Assembly: GCA_963787255.1 (NCBI GenBank)
Contig: CAWBCJ010000029.1
Coordinates: forward strand, 224,001 to 288,000
Direction of reading: 5' to 3'
Source of the DNA: Methanobacteriota archaeon
GTDB lineage: Archaea; Methanobacteriota; Methanobacteria; Methanobacteriales; Methanobacteriaceae
DNA: 64,000 nt
Below, one piece after another: positions 10,034-21,880 of the stretch (positions are counted from its first letter, which is position 1; every line of letters begins with the position of its first letter). A model generated the notes under the pieces. The model made no database searches, was not told where the DNA came from, and was given only the letters and a program-made list of their open reading frames with translations. The translations under genes were made by a program, and so were the position numbers.

Positions 10034-11011
10034 TTATTCAAGGTCCAGTTTAATTCCACCAATTCTTGGAGCAAGAAAATTATAAATTACAGCAATTAAA
10101 GCAAAAATCAAGAAATAGCCTACAAAATAACTTAGGCCATTTATTATAAGAACTATAATGTCATTTACTATATTTCCAACACTTGGATTTCCAGTTACAG
10201 CTAGAGATAATAGGCTTATAAGTCCCATAATAACTCCTAATGCAGCAAATACTGCACCTGCAATCGGGGCTGCTGTAGGTACCACTGGTAATGATATTAG
10301 TTCGTTCAGTGTTCCAGATATTACTCTAAATTCTAATTGAATTTTAATAAATCTTGTTGCTATGTAATTGTAGAATACTGCAAAAAGGGCATTGCTAAGG
10401 AAGCCAAATACAAATATCGCTACTGGTAATCCAATTATTAAAAAGAAAACTAATGTAACCCCATCTGTTCCTAAAGATGGGCTAAATGGAAGATTTGCTC
10501 CTGTGATTTTAATGGCATGGTTAGTTGTATTTAATACAACCGGAATTTCATTGCTTATAATGGTTGTAAATGGTGTAATTGTTGCTGATGAAAACAATCC
10601 AATGATAAATGCCCATATTGCTTCAATAATAGCCAAGATCAAAGAAAAATGTATTATCGGAATTTTAATTACATCATTGTTTTCTAATCCTAATTTTATT
10701 CCACCAATTCTGGATGCTAAATAGTTGTATAGTATTGCCGTGAAAAAGCTTACAGCTATGATTATGAAGTATACACTTATGGGAAATATAATAACCGATG
10801 CTATCCCTAAACCAGCTATAAGTCCTCTAAATAACTCTAGTTGAGGTACAAAAGTTATTAGGATTCCTGAAATAACTAAAATTATCAGAGCATAAATAAA
10901 TGCTAGAATTGCAGCTAATGAAGAAGACATCAATGTAAAAGGTGCTAGTTGAATTGATTTAATTTCTGTTACATTAGCCATTTTTTTCACTTCATTTACA
11001 TTTATAATCAT
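10034..11011 (-). CDS. Multi-pass membrane protein with three DUF3566-like repeats
   Basis: Repeated motif YNYLASRIGGIKLGLE / YNYIATRFIKIQLEF / YNFLAPRIGGIKLDLE; start may be the ATG at 10981. Confidence 0.75.
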   Translation of the reverse strand: MIINVNEVKKMANVTEIKSIQLAPFTLMSSSLAAILAFIYALIILVISGILITFVPQLELFRGLIAGLGIASVIIFPISVYFIIIAVSFFTAILYNYLASRIGGIKLGLENNDVIKIPIIHFSLILAIIEAIWAFIIGLFSSATITPFTTIISNEIPVVLNTTNHAIKITGANLPFSPSLGTDGVTLVFFLIIGLPVAIFVFGFLSNALFAVFYNYIATRFIKIQLEFRVISGTLNELISLPVVPTAAPIAGAVFAALGVIMGLISLLSLAVTGNPSVGNIVNDIIVLIINGLSYFVGYFLIFALIAVIYNFLAPRIGGIKLDLE

Positions 11012-11377
11012 TATATTGTATATATTTTACTATTTTAAACCATATAATCGTATTTAAAGAAAAAATAAGCATTAGTTATCGTTTTAAATTTATTCTAATT
11101 TTCAAGAGTTGCTACTTAGACTGAACTATTTCTTATAACTCAAAATAGCATTATTTTATACTTAAATTAAATATAGAATTAGGAAATAAAAGGACTTATA
11201 AATAATCAAGAAAGTCATGGATTGTGGAAAATATCTTATTCTACGAATTCATAAATCATAGTATAACCAAAAAACATTTAAAACCAGATTATGGCTTACT
11301 TTAACAATTTGTAGAATTTCAAGAGATTTTATGAAAATAAATAAACATATTCAATTTATAAATAAATTTGGGATAAA

Positions 11378-11840
11378 ATGATACGAAAAGCAAATAAAGA
11401 AGATATGGATAAAATTATAGATTTATGGCAGGAAATGATGGATTTCCACATTAAAAGAAGCGATCTGTATCAAATGAAACCTAATGCCCGTGAAATATAC
11501 TCAAATTACCTAAATGATGTTCTTAATAAGCCCTGAATATATTGTATTGGTCTATGAAATTGAAAATAAAGTTCTTGGATATTTAATTGCAACAGAATCT
11601 AATGAACCGCCAGTTTATGAAGGAACAGTTGGACTAATACTGGAAATATCTGTAGCTCGAAAAACATCGAAATAAAGGAATTGGAGAAAAATTAGTGGCT
11701 GAAATTGAAAAGTATTTCATAAATAAAGGATTAATAGAATTGAATGCATGGTTTCTGATTTTAATGAAGTTTCAAAACCATTTTGGTTTAAAAATGGTTA
11801 TAAGCCTTATAATTTAATGTGTTTTAAGATATTGTACTAA
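11378..11840 (+). pseudogene. GNAT acetyltransferase with about 3 frameshifts (absent from ORF track)
   Basis: Joined frames read MIRKANKEDMDKIIDLW...LEISVA..HRNKGIGEKLV...FNEVSKPFWFKNGY. Confidence 0.8.
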
Positions 11841-11862
11841 ATTTAATATTTTTAGATAAAAG

Positions 11863-12474
11863 TTATTGAATAGAATGCTCCATATTATAAGTTCCTTGGT
11901 CTTTCCAAAGCCATTTTCCGCTGGTTTTACCATAAACTTTAAACCCAAATCTTTCATACAACTTTAAAGCACCTTCGTTTTTAAAAGTCACGTCAAGAAT
12001 TACTCTCCTGCATCCTTTCTCTTCTGCAATTTTAAATGCATTTTCAAGGATGTATGTTCCAATTCCCTGACCTCTAAATTGAGGATCAACTCCCACATTG
12101 CTTAAATAGTAATCATTTTCTCCAACACTTGCTGTAAGCAGTTCATTTATTATCGTTCCCTTTATAATGTATTTTAAAAATTCCCTTAAACTTAATACTT
12201 TAGAAAATGCCTTGAAATCATTCCATAAGCTTGTTTCTCTGCCTGAAAAAGCCACCAAAATTCCAAGCACAGTTTCATCATCCTCAGCCGCCACATGAAT
12301 ATTTTCATGGCCGAATGAATTATTTCCTGCTTTTATGAGATTATTTAGATTATTTACAGCTTCATCTTCATTTTTACCAAGTAAAGGTGTGAATAATGAT
12401 AATTCTGTCTCATAAATTAATTTTGAAACTTTATCTAAGTCATGTTTATTGATATCCAGTTTTACAAACTTCAT
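11863..12474 (-). CDS. GNAT acetyltransferase
   Basis: VDPQFRGQGIG acetyl-CoA motif; NEGALKLYERFGF. Confidence 0.9.
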   Translation of the reverse strand: MKFVKLDINKHDLDKVSKLIYETELSLFTPLLGKNEDEAVNNLNNLIKAGNNSFGHENIHVAAEDDETVLGILVAFSGRETSLWNDFKAFSKVLSLREFLKYIIKGTIINELLTASVGENDYYLSNVGVDPQFRGQGIGTYILENAFKIAEEKGCRRVILDVTFKNEGALKLYERFGFKVYGKTSGKWLWKDQGTYNMEHSIQ

Positions 12475-12686
12475 TCTATTCTCCTAGGAATAATTCATGT
12501 TTAAGAGATTTATTATGGTTATTGTAGTATTTCAGTGCTTTAAATTTAATTATGAAATATTATATTCTCTTTTTAGTGACTATTTGAAATATTTTGTTGA
12601 TGCACTTAATAATGGATCCTAGTAGAACTTTATTACTTATGAATAACTTATTATTACAATATAATATAATAAGGAGATGATGCATT

Positions 12687-12980
12687 ATGGCAAATATTGA
12701 ATTTAATATGGAAAATGTTAAAAAATGTAAATGTCCAGGATGTCCAGTACAGGCTAAAAGTAAATGTGCTATGGATAAATTAGATAAATTATCAAGCATG
12801 GGCGGAAATCCAAGTCCAGAAGACGTTCCCGGAGTTTATTGTGCCACAGGAAAAGCTACCTGCAGTGACCTAGATCCAGATCAGATGTGTCAGTGCCCTA
12901 CATGCGATATTTATAAGGAAAACAATTTAGGTTCAGGAGAACCCAATGAATACTTCTGCGCCAATGGTAAAGCAAGATAA
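12687..12980 (+). CDS. DUF2769-type Cys-rich protein (10 Cys)
   Basis: CKCPGCP...C...VYCATGKATC...CQCPTC...YFCANG; GGAGATGA RBS. Confidence 0.8.
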   Translation: MANIEFNMENVKKCKCPGCPVQAKSKCAMDKLDKLSSMGGNPSPEDVPGVYCATGKATCSDLDPDQMCQCPTCDIYKENNLGSGEPNEYFCANGKAR

Positions 12981-13164
12981 AAAAAATGAACATATAATAT
13001 AAAAATTTAAAATTCTTTTATTATTTTATTTTTTCAACTAATGCATATTAATATTTCTAAACTGAATTTAGGGTTTAATTCACTTTATTTTACAAAAATA
13101 ACCTTCAAAGCAGGTTATAATTCTTACAAAACTTATATAATATTGATATTATAAATATAGTTTC

Positions 13165-14964
13165 ATGGAAACAAAAGGACTTGTCCTCTTAGACATTGAT
13201 TACGTGACAGATAAAGGACTTCCAGTAGTAAGACTCTTTGGAAAAGAGGTTGGAGAAGAAAACGGACAGCCAATAATTGCTTTAGACCGGCATTTCAGGC
13301 CTTACATCTATGTGATCCCCAAAGACGATATGAAAACCTGTATCAAGCAGATTAAAACCTTAGAAGTTAATGAAGTCAATCCAATCACCAAAAAGGACTT
13401 TGGAGAAGAAATAGAACTTCTAGAAGTCGTTTTATCCCATCCACAAGAAGTTCCTAAACTTAGGGAAAAAATACTCAATTTAAGTGAAGTTAGAGAAATA
13501 CGAGAGCATGATATACCTTTTTACAGGAGATACTTAATTGATAATGCGCTTTTTCCAATGGCCGAAGTTGAAATTACAGGGAAAAGTAAAACACAAAGAT
13601 CATGCCCAGGAATGACCAATCCTGGAGAAAATATCTGTATTTTCGAAATGGAAGGAAAACCTAAACCCAAAGACGGAAAAATACATCAATTAAAGGTTAT
13701 GAGTTATGATATTGAGGTTAGAAATCCTGAAGGAATGCCCGATGCAAAAAACAATGAAATCATCATGATAAGCCTTGCCGGGAATTTTGGGCTTGAAAAA
13801 GTTCTTTCAACAAAAAAATCCTCTTTAAAATACGTTGAAACCATAAATAGTGAAAAAGAGATGATATTAAGGTTTATTGAAATTATAAACACTGAAAACC
13901 CCGATGTTATCTTGGGTTACAATTCAGATAACTTTGATTTTCCTTACATCAATGACCGGGCTAAAAAACTGGGCATATCCCTAAAATTAGGGCTTGATGG
14001 CTCTGAGATTAAATTTTTAAGGCGTGGATTCGTTTCAGCGGCAGTAATACGCGGGCGAGTTCATGTGGATCTTTATCCTATAATGAGAAGGCATTTGACC
14101 CTTGATCGTTACACTTTAGAACGAGTTTACAAGGAACTCTTCGATGAGGACAAAGAAGACATAAATGGGGACGAAATATGGAAATACTGGGATTCCGATG
14201 GTGAAATGCTAGAAGAACTCTTCGAATATTCTATGGATGATGCTATAGCTGCTTATAAAGTGGGCGAGAAAATGCTGCCTATAAACAGAGAACTAACAAG
14301 AATAATCGGACAGCCCCTTTCAGATGTGAGCCGAATGGCATCAGGTCAAATGATAGAATGGTTCCTAATAAGAAAAGCCTACGAATACGGTGAATTAGTG
14401 CCAAATAAACCTTCACAATATGAATATTCCAAAAGAAGAGGGCGTACCTACGTGGGAGGTTACGTTAAAGATCCTGTAAAAGGCCTTCATGAAAATATAG
14501 TTTCTTTCGACTTTAAGAGCCTATATCCAAGCATAATCATTTCAAAAAACATTTCCCCTGATACTATCATAAAGGGAGAAACTGAAGAAGAGCATTATAC
14601 CGCTCCCGAAGTGCCTCACAAATTTAGAAAAGAACCCCAAGGATTCATTCCTTCAATTATTGGAGAGTTACTCCAAGAAAGAGCGAAAATAAAGAAATTA
14701 ATAAAAAAAACAGATGATCCTGTGGAGCAAAGAATTTTAAATGTGCAGCAGGAAGCGCTTAAAACACTTGCAAACTCCATGTACGGCGTTTATGGTTATG
14801 CAAGGTTTAGATGGTACCGTCACGAATGCGCGGATGCAGTAACTGCATGGGGTAGAGATTACATTAAAAAAACCATGAAAAGGGCAGAAGAATTCGGTTT
14901 TAAGGCAATATATGCCGATACTGATGGATTTTATGCAACATACACAGGAAAAGTAGAAAAATAG
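13165..14964 (+). CDS. polB1: Family B DNA polymerase, large subunit of split PolB
   Basis: ExoI YDIEV, Exo[11 protein letters not shown], Exo[34 protein letters not shown], then stop 11 codons later. Confidence 0.95.
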   Translation: METKGLVLLDIDYVTDKGLPVVRLFGKEVGEENGQPIIALDRHFRPYIYVIPKDDMKTCIKQIKTLEVNEVNPITKKDFGEEIELLEVVLSHPQEVPKLREKILNLSEVREIREHDIPFYRRYLIDNALFPMAEVEITGKSKTQRSCPGMTNPGENICIFEMEGKPKPKDGKIHQLKVMSYDIEVRNPEGMPDAKNNEIIMISLAGNFGLEKVLSTKKSSLKYVETINSEKEMILRFIEIINTENPDVILGYNSDNFDFPYINDRAKKLGISLKLGLDGSEIKFLRRGFVSAAVIRGRVHVDLYPIMRRHLTLDRYTLERVYKELFDEDKEDINGDEIWKYWDSDGEMLEELFEYSMDDAIAAYKVGEKMLPINRELTRIIGQPLSDVSRMASGQMIEWFLIRKAYEYGELVPNKPSQYEYSKRRGRTYVGGYVKDPVKGLHENIVSFDFKSLYPSIIISKNISPDTIIKGETEEEHYTAPEVPHKFRKEPQGFIPSIIGELLQERAKIKKLIKKTDDPVEQRILNVQQEALKTLANSMYGVYGYARFRWYRHECADAVTAWGRDYIKKTMKRAEEFGFKAIYADTDGFYATYTGKVEK

Positions 14965-14976
14965 AATGGTTTTAAA

Positions 14977-15663
14977 ATGGCTGAAGAGACCTTAAAAGAA
15001 AAGTTTGACCAAGCAGCGAAAACTTATGATAAATCACGGAAATTACTCATTCCATGTTTTGAAGATTTTTACAAAGTAACAGTAGATCTTGCTGATTCAG
15101 TGAAAGAAAAACCTAAAATACTTGATTTAGGCGCAGGTACTGGATTATTAACCGCATATTTATTTAAAAAGCATGAAAATGCAGAATTTACTTTAATTGA
15201 CATGTCCCAAGAAATGCTTAAAGCTGCTAAAATGAGATTTAACAGCCACAAAAACTTTAAATATGTTATAGCGGATTATTCTAACTATAATTTTGAGAAT
15301 TCATTTGATATTATAGTTTCATCTCTTTCAATACATCATCTAGAAGACAATGATAAAGAAAAGCTATATAAAAAGGCTTATAATATGTTGAATGGCAATG
15401 GAATTTTTTTAAACGCTGATCAGATATTAGGACCAACCAAAGAAGTGGAAAAAAACTATCAAAGAAACTGGATGGAAAAAATAAAATCTCAAGGCATTCA
15501 TGAGGATAAATTAAAATCAGCTTCAGAACGGATGAAATTTGACAAACCAGCTCTTCTTGAAGATAATTTAAAATGGCTTAAAGAAAGCGGTTTTACTGAT
15601 GTGGATATTTACTACAAATACTACAATTTCGGCGTTTTCTACGGTAAAAAGAAAGAAAAATAG
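14977..15663 (+). CDS. Class I SAM-dependent methyltransferase
   Basis: ILDLGAGTG motif I; SSLSIHHL. Confidence 0.9.
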   Translation: MAEETLKEKFDQAAKTYDKSRKLLIPCFEDFYKVTVDLADSVKEKPKILDLGAGTGLLTAYLFKKHENAEFTLIDMSQEMLKAAKMRFNSHKNFKYVIADYSNYNFENSFDIIVSSLSIHHLEDNDKEKLYKKAYNMLNGNGIFLNADQILGPTKEVEKNYQRNWMEKIKSQGIHEDKLKSASERMKFDKPALLEDNLKWLKESGFTDVDIYYKYYNFGVFYGKKKEK

Positions 15664-15689
15664 ATAAATTAACGCTGAAGTGGATTAAA

Positions 15690-16148
15690 ATGAATATAAG
15701 TTACATAGAGCTTAATAAAAATGAAATTAACCTGATTAAACCTTTATGGGAAAATTTAAAAGTACATCATCATGAATTATCCCCACATTTCCCCGAAAGA
15801 TACATGCAGTTTACATTTGAGGAAAGAAAGGAAGAAATATTGAAAAAATCAGGAAATGGAACCCTAAAACTGGATATAGTTAAAGATGAAGATACTATGC
15901 AGCATATTGGATACTGCATAAGCTCCATATCAAAAGAGAATGTAGGAGAAGTAGATTCAATATATTTAAATGAAAAATACCGATCTTCAGGCATTGGTTC
16001 CCATCTTGTGAAGCGTGCGCTTAACTGGATGGATGAAAAAAACGTGAAAAGTAAACAGATAGTGGTTGCTGTTGGAAACGAGGAACTGCTTTCATTTTAT
16101 GAAAAATTTGATTTCCTTCCAAGACATATAATATTAGAACAAAAATAA
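15690..16148 (+). CDS. GNAT acetyltransferase
   Basis: EKYRSSGIG; VAVGNEELLSFYEKFDF. Confidence 0.88.
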   Translation: MNISYIELNKNEINLIKPLWENLKVHHHELSPHFPERYMQFTFEERKEEILKKSGNGTLKLDIVKDEDTMQHIGYCISSISKENVGEVDSIYLNEKYRSSGIGSHLVKRALNWMDEKNVKSKQIVVAVGNEELLSFYEKFDFLPRHIILEQK

Positions 16149-16166
16149 TTGTTATGAGGCATTCCT

Positions 16167-16874
16167 ATGCAGCTTGAATACACCATCAAAATAATGGCAG
16201 AACACGAAGGTACAGATTTTTTCGGTGTTGCAGACTTATCAGCGGTTAAAGATAAAGTAATTGAACAAGGAAGCTCTTTTGTAGCTGATTACCCTAAAGC
16301 TATTTCCCTTGGAATTAGATTACCGGATTCAATTGTTGACGCACTGCCAAACAGGGATAATCCTGCCGTGGCTGTTAATTACCGGCACGCTTATGACATT
16401 ACTAATTTACGCCTTGACCTTTTAACATCAAAGTTAGCAAGCATCATCCAACAGGACGGCCACAAAGCACTGGCTGTTCCCGCATCAGAGCGTTATGACG
16501 ATGAACGCATCTGCGCCGTTTTTTCACATAAATTAGCAGCAAATTTGGCCGGTCTTGGATGGATAGGAAAAAGCTGTCTTTTTGTAACACCAGAAGCCGG
16601 TCCAAGAGTTCGCTGGGCCACAATACTTACAGATGCACCTCTTAAAATAACAGGAGAACCAATAGAATCAAAATGTGTTGATTGTAGTGAATGTGTGGAC
16701 ATATGTCCTGTAAATGCATTTACTGGAGAAACTTTCAGGGAAAATGAACCTCGAGAAGCAAGATACGATGCTAAAAAGTGCGAAGAATATTTATATAATT
16801 CAAAAAATGATTCTGAATGGACTGTATGTGGATTATGTGTGTACATTTGTCCTCATGGAAAAAATAAAAAATAA
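16167..16874 (+). CDS. QueG/reductive-dehalogenase-like [4Fe-4S] protein
   Basis: [44 protein letters not shown]. Confidence 0.85.
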   Translation: MQLEYTIKIMAEHEGTDFFGVADLSAVKDKVIEQGSSFVADYPKAISLGIRLPDSIVDALPNRDNPAVAVNYRHAYDITNLRLDLLTSKLASIIQQDGHKALAVPASERYDDERICAVFSHKLAANLAGLGWIGKSCLFVTPEAGPRVRWATILTDAPLKITGEPIESKCVDCSECVDICPVNAFTGETFRENEPREARYDAKKCEEYLYNSKNDSEWTVCGLCVYICPHGKNKK

Positions 16875-17393
16875 TTAGAGAGTCATGTATTTTTCACTGC
16901 TTATAATCTCGCTTAAATGCTTTCTTGGTCTTTGGTGCGGCTCTTCATCAGCATATCCCAATGTAAACATTGCTGGAACTCTTATATTTTCTGGAATCTG
17001 TAAAATATTCCTGACTTTTTCTTCGTCATATGCACCCAGCCAGCATGTTCCAAGACCTTGTTCTGTGGCTTCAAGAATCATAAATGACACTGCAATTGAA
17101 ATATCCACTGTATATGCAAATTGACCACATGGCATTACTCTTTTTGATTCTGTTGAGCATGCAACAATAGTAATTGGAGCTTCGCCAACAAATTTTTGGC
17201 CATTAGCGGCTTCTACAAGCTTTTCTCTTGTTTCTTTGCTTTTTACAACTATAAATTTCCATTCCTGCCGGTTTGCAGCGGATGGTGCAATTCGAGCACA
17301 TTCTAATATATTTTCAAGCTTTTCATCGTCAACTGATTTGTTTTTGTATTTTCTAATGCTTCTTCTTTTACTTATAGCTTCAAAAACATCCAT
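16875..17393 (-). CDS. Nitroreductase
   Basis: [25 protein letters not shown]. Confidence 0.92.
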   Translation of the reverse strand: MDVFEAISKRRSIRKYKNKSVDDEKLENILECARIAPSAANRQEWKFIVVKSKETREKLVEAANGQKFVGEAPITIVACSTESKRVMPCGQFAYTVDISIAVSFMILEATEQGLGTCWLGAYDEEKVRNILQIPENIRVPAMFTLGYADEEPHQRPRKHLSEIISSEKYMTL

Positions 17394-17423
17394 GGTTAAC
17401 CTCCTATATATAAAAATTTTTAA

Positions 17424-18191
17424 TTAATCTTTAAAAGATTGTTTAGTTAATTTAACTGCGAAAACACCGGCTCCAAATCCGTTATCAATATTTACAACAG
17501 CAATACCGGGAGCACATGACTGAAGCATTGCATAAAGAGCCGTGAATCCACCTGCACCTACACCATAACCTATAGATGTTGGAACGCCTATTACAGGGAC
17601 GTCAACAAGTCCTGCAACCACTGAAGGTAAAGCTCCTTCCATTCCGGCTACCACAATTAATGCTTTAACATCTTCCTCAAGCATTTGTTTTAATGGGGGG
17701 AAAATTCGGTGCATTCCAGCCACTCCCGCATCATAAGCCGTCAAAACTTCACAACCCATTTCTTCAGCTGTAATTCGTGCCTCTTCAGCAACTGGAATAT
17801 CTGAAGTTCCTGCAGTTAAAATTCCAATTTTGCCCTTTTTTTCTATTTCGCGATTTTTAATTACCAGAACGCGCGCTTTTCTATTATATTGAAATTTAAG
17901 CCCATTATCTTTAATAACTTCAATTTTTGGCTTTATTAATTCATATCGATCCCCAGTTAGCCTTGTAACCATCACATGACCTATATGGGCACAATACAAG
18001 ATTATTTTTAGCAGATCTTCATCTTCCTTATTTTCTGCAAATATTACTTCAGGGATACCTGTTCTTAAGTGTCTTGATGTGTCTAATCTTGCAAAATCTT
18101 CCAGTTCATCAATATGAGAAGTTTTTAACATCTTTTCGGCTTCTTCAAGGGAAATTTCATTATTTACGAGCTTTTGAAGTATTTCTTTCAT
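17424..18191 (-). CDS. larB: Nickel-pincer cofactor biosynthesis protein LarB (PurE-like)
   Basis: [55 protein letters not shown]. Confidence 0.9.
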   Translation of the reverse strand: MKEILQKLVNNEISLEEAEKMLKTSHIDELEDFARLDTSRHLRTGIPEVIFAENKEDEDLLKIILYCAHIGHVMVTRLTGDRYELIKPKIEVIKDNGLKFQYNRKARVLVIKNREIEKKGKIGILTAGTSDIPVAEEARITAEEMGCEVLTAYDAGVAGMHRIFPPLKQMLEEDVKALIVVAGMEGALPSVVAGLVDVPVIGVPTSIGYGVGAGGFTALYAMLQSCAPGIAVVNIDNGFGAGVFAVKLTKQSFKD

Positions 18192-18299
18192 AGTATCACT
18201 ATTTTTATCTACTTATAATATAAAGATTAAAATATAAAAATTAATTCACTTATTTTATATTAAAAACAAAATAATCAATATAATGCAAGTTCTTGAGGT

Positions 18300-20612
18300 G
18301 TGGAATTGGAAAAAGCCAGGATTATAGTGCAGGGAATCGTTCAAGGAGTTGGATTTAGACCAACCGTTTACAGAATAGCCAAAGAATTAGGTTTAAAAGG
18401 ATCAGTGCGAAATCTTGGAAACAGTGTTGAAATTATTCTTGAAGGCACTAATGGACAGATTGAAGAATTTGTGAAAAATTTAAAGCTTAACAAACCTCCC
18501 ATTTCTAAAATCAACAGCTTGAAAATAAAATGGATGGGTTCTCTAGAGGAATCTGAATTTGACGATTTTATAATACTGGAAAGTTCTGCTGAGTTTTCAG
18601 GTTCATCTGTTATTCCCCCAGATGTTGCAGTTTGCGACAAATGCTTGGAAGATATATTTAATAAAGGAAATAGTAGGTTTAAATATCCTTTTACTGCATG
18701 TACTGATTGTGGACCTCGTTTTACGGTTATAAATTCAATTCCTTATGATCGTGAAAGAACTTCAATGGATGAATTCCCTCTTTGTGATGAATGCATGATT
18801 GAGTACCGTGATCCTCTGGATCGACGCTATCATGCCGAGGCAACCTGTTGTCCCACATGCGGACCTTCCGTTTTCTTATACAAAGAGGGGATTATAGATG
18901 TTGGAAATCCAATAGCAGAGGCTGCAAAACTGATAGATGAAGGTAATATACTTGCAATTAAGGGAATTGGTGGAACTCATCTTGTTGCAAAGACAACAGA
19001 AGACGATCCTGTTATTAATTTAAGAGAACGGCTCGGGCGATTTAACCAGCCCTTTGCATGCATGTCTCCGTCAATTGAAACTGTAAAGACATTTGCAGAA
19101 GTTGCAGATTTTGAAGAAAAAGCTTTGGTTTCTAGAAGAAGACCTATTGTGGTGCTCAATAAAAATGAGAACTACTATCTTGCGCCTTCTGTTTCTCCAA
19201 AGCTTCATAATCTTGGAATAATGCTCCCTTATTCCGGACTGCATCATTTACTTTTCCAGGAAACTGATGAGCCAGCTTACATTATGACATCAGCAAATAT
19301 ACCTGGAGAACCCATGCTCATAGATAATGGGGAAATTATTGCAAAATTAGAAGGAATAGTAGATTATCACCTTCTTCACGATAGAAAAATAGTGAACAGA
19401 TGTGATGATTCAGTTATAAGATTTAGAGCTGGCGATTTAGCATTTATAAGGCGTTCAAGGGGCTATGTACCTGAACCATACGATTTCTCTAACATAGCTA
19501 GTGATATAAACATTCTTGCTCTTGGTCCTGAGCTTGATGTGACATTTGCACTTCTTAAAGATCAGAAATGTTACGTATCACAGCACATTGGGAATACAAC
19601 CAAATATGAAACTTATAATTATCTTCAAGAAGCTATTGATTACATGATGGGCATAACAAAGACAGAAAGTATAGATGTTGTGGCCTGCGACCTGCATCCA
19701 ATGTTTTTTACCACTAAACTTGCACATGAACTGAGTGAAAAGTTTGAATGTGATGTTTTTGGCGTGCAGCATCACCACGCGCATGCAGGAGCGCTTTTTG
19801 TTGATCATGGAATTGAAGAACTTATATGTATCGCTGCAGACGGCGTAGGATACGGAGCAGACGGATCAGCATGGGGTGGCGAGATATTACACGCTAAAGG
19901 AGAAAATTATGAGAGGTTGGGAAGTTTGATGTCTCAAAGTATGGCTGGTGGGGATTTAACCACAAAATATCCTGTAAGAATGGTTATGGCAATGCTTTAC
20001 GATTATTACGATATAGAAGAGCTTAAAGAGTTAATGGAAAATGATTATATCCATTATTTTAAATATGGAACTAAAGAAATAGATTTAATTTTAAAACAGT
20101 TTGATAGGCAATTTAATATCCAAAAAACAACCAGTACCGGTAGAGTACTTGATGCAATTTCAGCAGCTCTTGGGATTTGCGGCGAAAGAACTTACGAGGG
20201 TGAGTGTGCCATGAAACTTGAATCAGTAGCTTATCGAGGAAAAGATACCTGTGAAATTCCTGTTGAAATCAAAAATAAGGGTGGAATAAATGTTCTAGAT
20301 ACTTCAAGTATATTAATGTCTGTTTTAGATGAGAAAAGCACAGGTAAACGTGTTGTAGATATTGCTTGCTCTGCACAAAAGGCTGTTGCTGTTGGTCTTG
20401 CAAAATTAGGTATTAAAGCAGCTGATAAAACAGAAGTAAATGTAATAGGCGCAACAGGCGGGGTATTTTACAACGAAGCCATCAGTAAAACAACCAGAGA
20501 TGTTGTAACAGAAAGTGGCTATGACTTTATTCAACACAAAAATACATGTGCTGGAGACGGTTCAGTTTCTTTAGGGCAAGCAGCTATAGCTGCTTTGCAT
20601 TATAAAAATTAA
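18300..20612 (+). CDS. hypF: [NiFe]-hydrogenase maturation carbamoyltransferase
   Basis: [10 protein letters not shown] acylphosphatase domain, Zn fingers, [21 protein letters not shown]; start may be the TTG at 18306. Confidence 0.96.
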   Translation: MELEKARIIVQGIVQGVGFRPTVYRIAKELGLKGSVRNLGNSVEIILEGTNGQIEEFVKNLKLNKPPISKINSLKIKWMGSLEESEFDDFIILESSAEFSGSSVIPPDVAVCDKCLEDIFNKGNSRFKYPFTACTDCGPRFTVINSIPYDRERTSMDEFPLCDECMIEYRDPLDRRYHAEATCCPTCGPSVFLYKEGIIDVGNPIAEAAKLIDEGNILAIKGIGGTHLVAKTTEDDPVINLRERLGRFNQPFACMSPSIETVKTFAEVADFEEKALVSRRRPIVVLNKNENYYLAPSVSPKLHNLGIMLPYSGLHHLLFQETDEPAYIMTSANIPGEPMLIDNGEIIAKLEGIVDYHLLHDRKIVNRCDDSVIRFRAGDLAFIRRSRGYVPEPYDFSNIASDINILALGPELDVTFALLKDQKCYVSQHIGNTTKYETYNYLQEAIDYMMGITKTESIDVVACDLHPMFFTTKLAHELSEKFECDVFGVQHHHAHAGALFVDHGIEELICIAADGVGYGADGSAWGGEILHAKGENYERLGSLMSQSMAGGDLTTKYPVRMVMAMLYDYYDIEELKELMENDYIHYFKYGTKEIDLILKQFDRQFNIQKTTSTGRVLDAISAALGICGERTYEGECAMKLESVAYRGKDTCEIPVEIKNKGGINVLDTSSILMSVLDEKSTGKRVVDIACSAQKAVAVGLAKLGIKAADKTEVNVIGATGGVFYNEAISKTTRDVVTESGYDFIQHKNTCAGDGSVSLGQAAIAALHYKN

Positions 20613-20660
20613 TGAATAAAAAAAAATCTTAATTTCTATGTTATCATAGATAACTTAATA

Positions 20661-21134
20661 TTAAGGATGCTCAGTATTTCCCTCTAATAATTTTATTATA
20701 TTTCTCCTTCTTTTTGCTTCCATTAATAATATTTCAGCATATCTTTTTGCTTTATCATATCTATCAATAAGGTCTTCTAGATCCTCAATTACATCTTCAT
20801 GTCCCAAAGTGAATTTATCCTCCAGTTCCTGCAATTTTGAGAAATCATCTCCCCTTATATCCATTTTAATAGTATCCCCATCTATACATATTTGAATTTC
20901 TACTTTTTGAGATATTCCATAATATTTTCGTGGTCTGCCCCTTTCTATTTTCTGAAAAGATGATCTAAGCATTCCCAGCTCTTCCATTGCTCTTAAGTGT
21001 TCAATTATTGCTTTTTGACCTATTTCGAGCTCTTTAGATATCTCACTTACAAAGCGGGGCTCCTGTGTTAAAAGGCTTAGTATATCTCTTCTTGTTTTGC
21101 ACCCCATTACGTCGAGTATTGATTCCATGTCCAT
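20661..21134 (-). CDS. ArsR-type heat-shock repressor (HSR1/Phr-like)
   Basis: [14 protein letters not shown]...[20 protein letters not shown]...RGRPRKYY wHTH plus coiled-coil; divergent from grpE. Confidence 0.8.
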   Translation of the reverse strand: MDMESILDVMGCKTRRDILSLLTQEPRFVSEISKELEIGQKAIIEHLRAMEELGMLRSSFQKIERGRPRKYYGISQKVEIQICIDGDTIKMDIRGDDFSKLQELEDKFTLGHEDVIEDLEDLIDRYDKAKRYAEILLMEAKRRRNIIKLLEGNTEHP

Positions 21135-21217
21135 ATTATCCCTTTATATCCTATGATTAATAAAAAAATGATTCTAATTAAAAATTTTATTTTAATGATT
21201 ATAGTTTAGTCGAAAGA

Positions 21218-21236
21218 TTTATATAACCTTTTGTTA
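21218..21236 (+). promoter_or_regulatory. grpE-dnaK-dnaJ TATA box overlapped by a TAAC-N5-GTTA operator candidate
   Basis: TTTATATA 21218-21225; TAAC CTTTT GTTA 21224-21236. Confidence 0.65.
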
Positions 21237-21288
21237 CTATAACCTATTAAAGATTACTACTATTTTTATCACTGCAAAAGGTGAATTA

Positions 21289-21804
21289 ATGACCGATAAA
21301 GATGAACTGAAAACGTTAAAGAACGATCTGAAAGAGAAAGAAGAGTCAATTGAAGATCTAAACAAGCAAATTGAAGAAAAAGATCAGAAAATTGATGATT
21401 ACTATTCTCAAATGCAGCGTCTTCAAGCTGATTTTGAAAACTACAAGAAAAGAACTGAAAAAGACAGGAAAGAATACATAAAATACGCTACTGAAGGATT
21501 AATCATTAAAATAATAGACATTTATGAGGATCTTGAAAGAGCGCTAAAATCAGCCGAAGAAGGAGAAAACCTTAAATCAGGTGTTGAATTGATTTATAAA
21601 AACTTAAAAGATGTGCTTGAAAAAGAAGGGCTTTCTGAAATTCCCACAGAAGGGGAAAAATTCGATCCTTTTAAGCATGAAGCCCTCATGACTGAAAAAC
21701 ATGAAGATTATGACAGCGGCACGGTGACAGAAACACTTGCAAGGGGATACGCCCTTAACTCAAAGATAATCAAATGTGCAATGGTTAAAGTCTGTAAAAA
21801 ATAA
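21289..21804 (+). CDS. grpE: Nucleotide exchange factor GrpE
   Basis: [37 protein letters not shown]. Confidence 0.96.
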   Translation: MTDKDELKTLKNDLKEKEESIEDLNKQIEEKDQKIDDYYSQMQRLQADFENYKKRTEKDRKEYIKYATEGLIIKIIDIYEDLERALKSAEEGENLKSGVELIYKNLKDVLEKEGLSEIPTEGEKFDPFKHEALMTEKHEDYDSGTVTETLARGYALNSKIIKCAMVKVCKK

Positions 21805-21880
21805 AAATAATCCTTAAATATATTTTAAATTCAAAAAAATAATAAAATTATATGTAAATAAATAAAAACAAGGTGATATT

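Noticed and set aside
14940-14964. PolB truncation as a pseudogene or intein/split-intein junction
   Set aside because: No intein motifs; the break fits the known two-subunit PolB of Methanobacteriales
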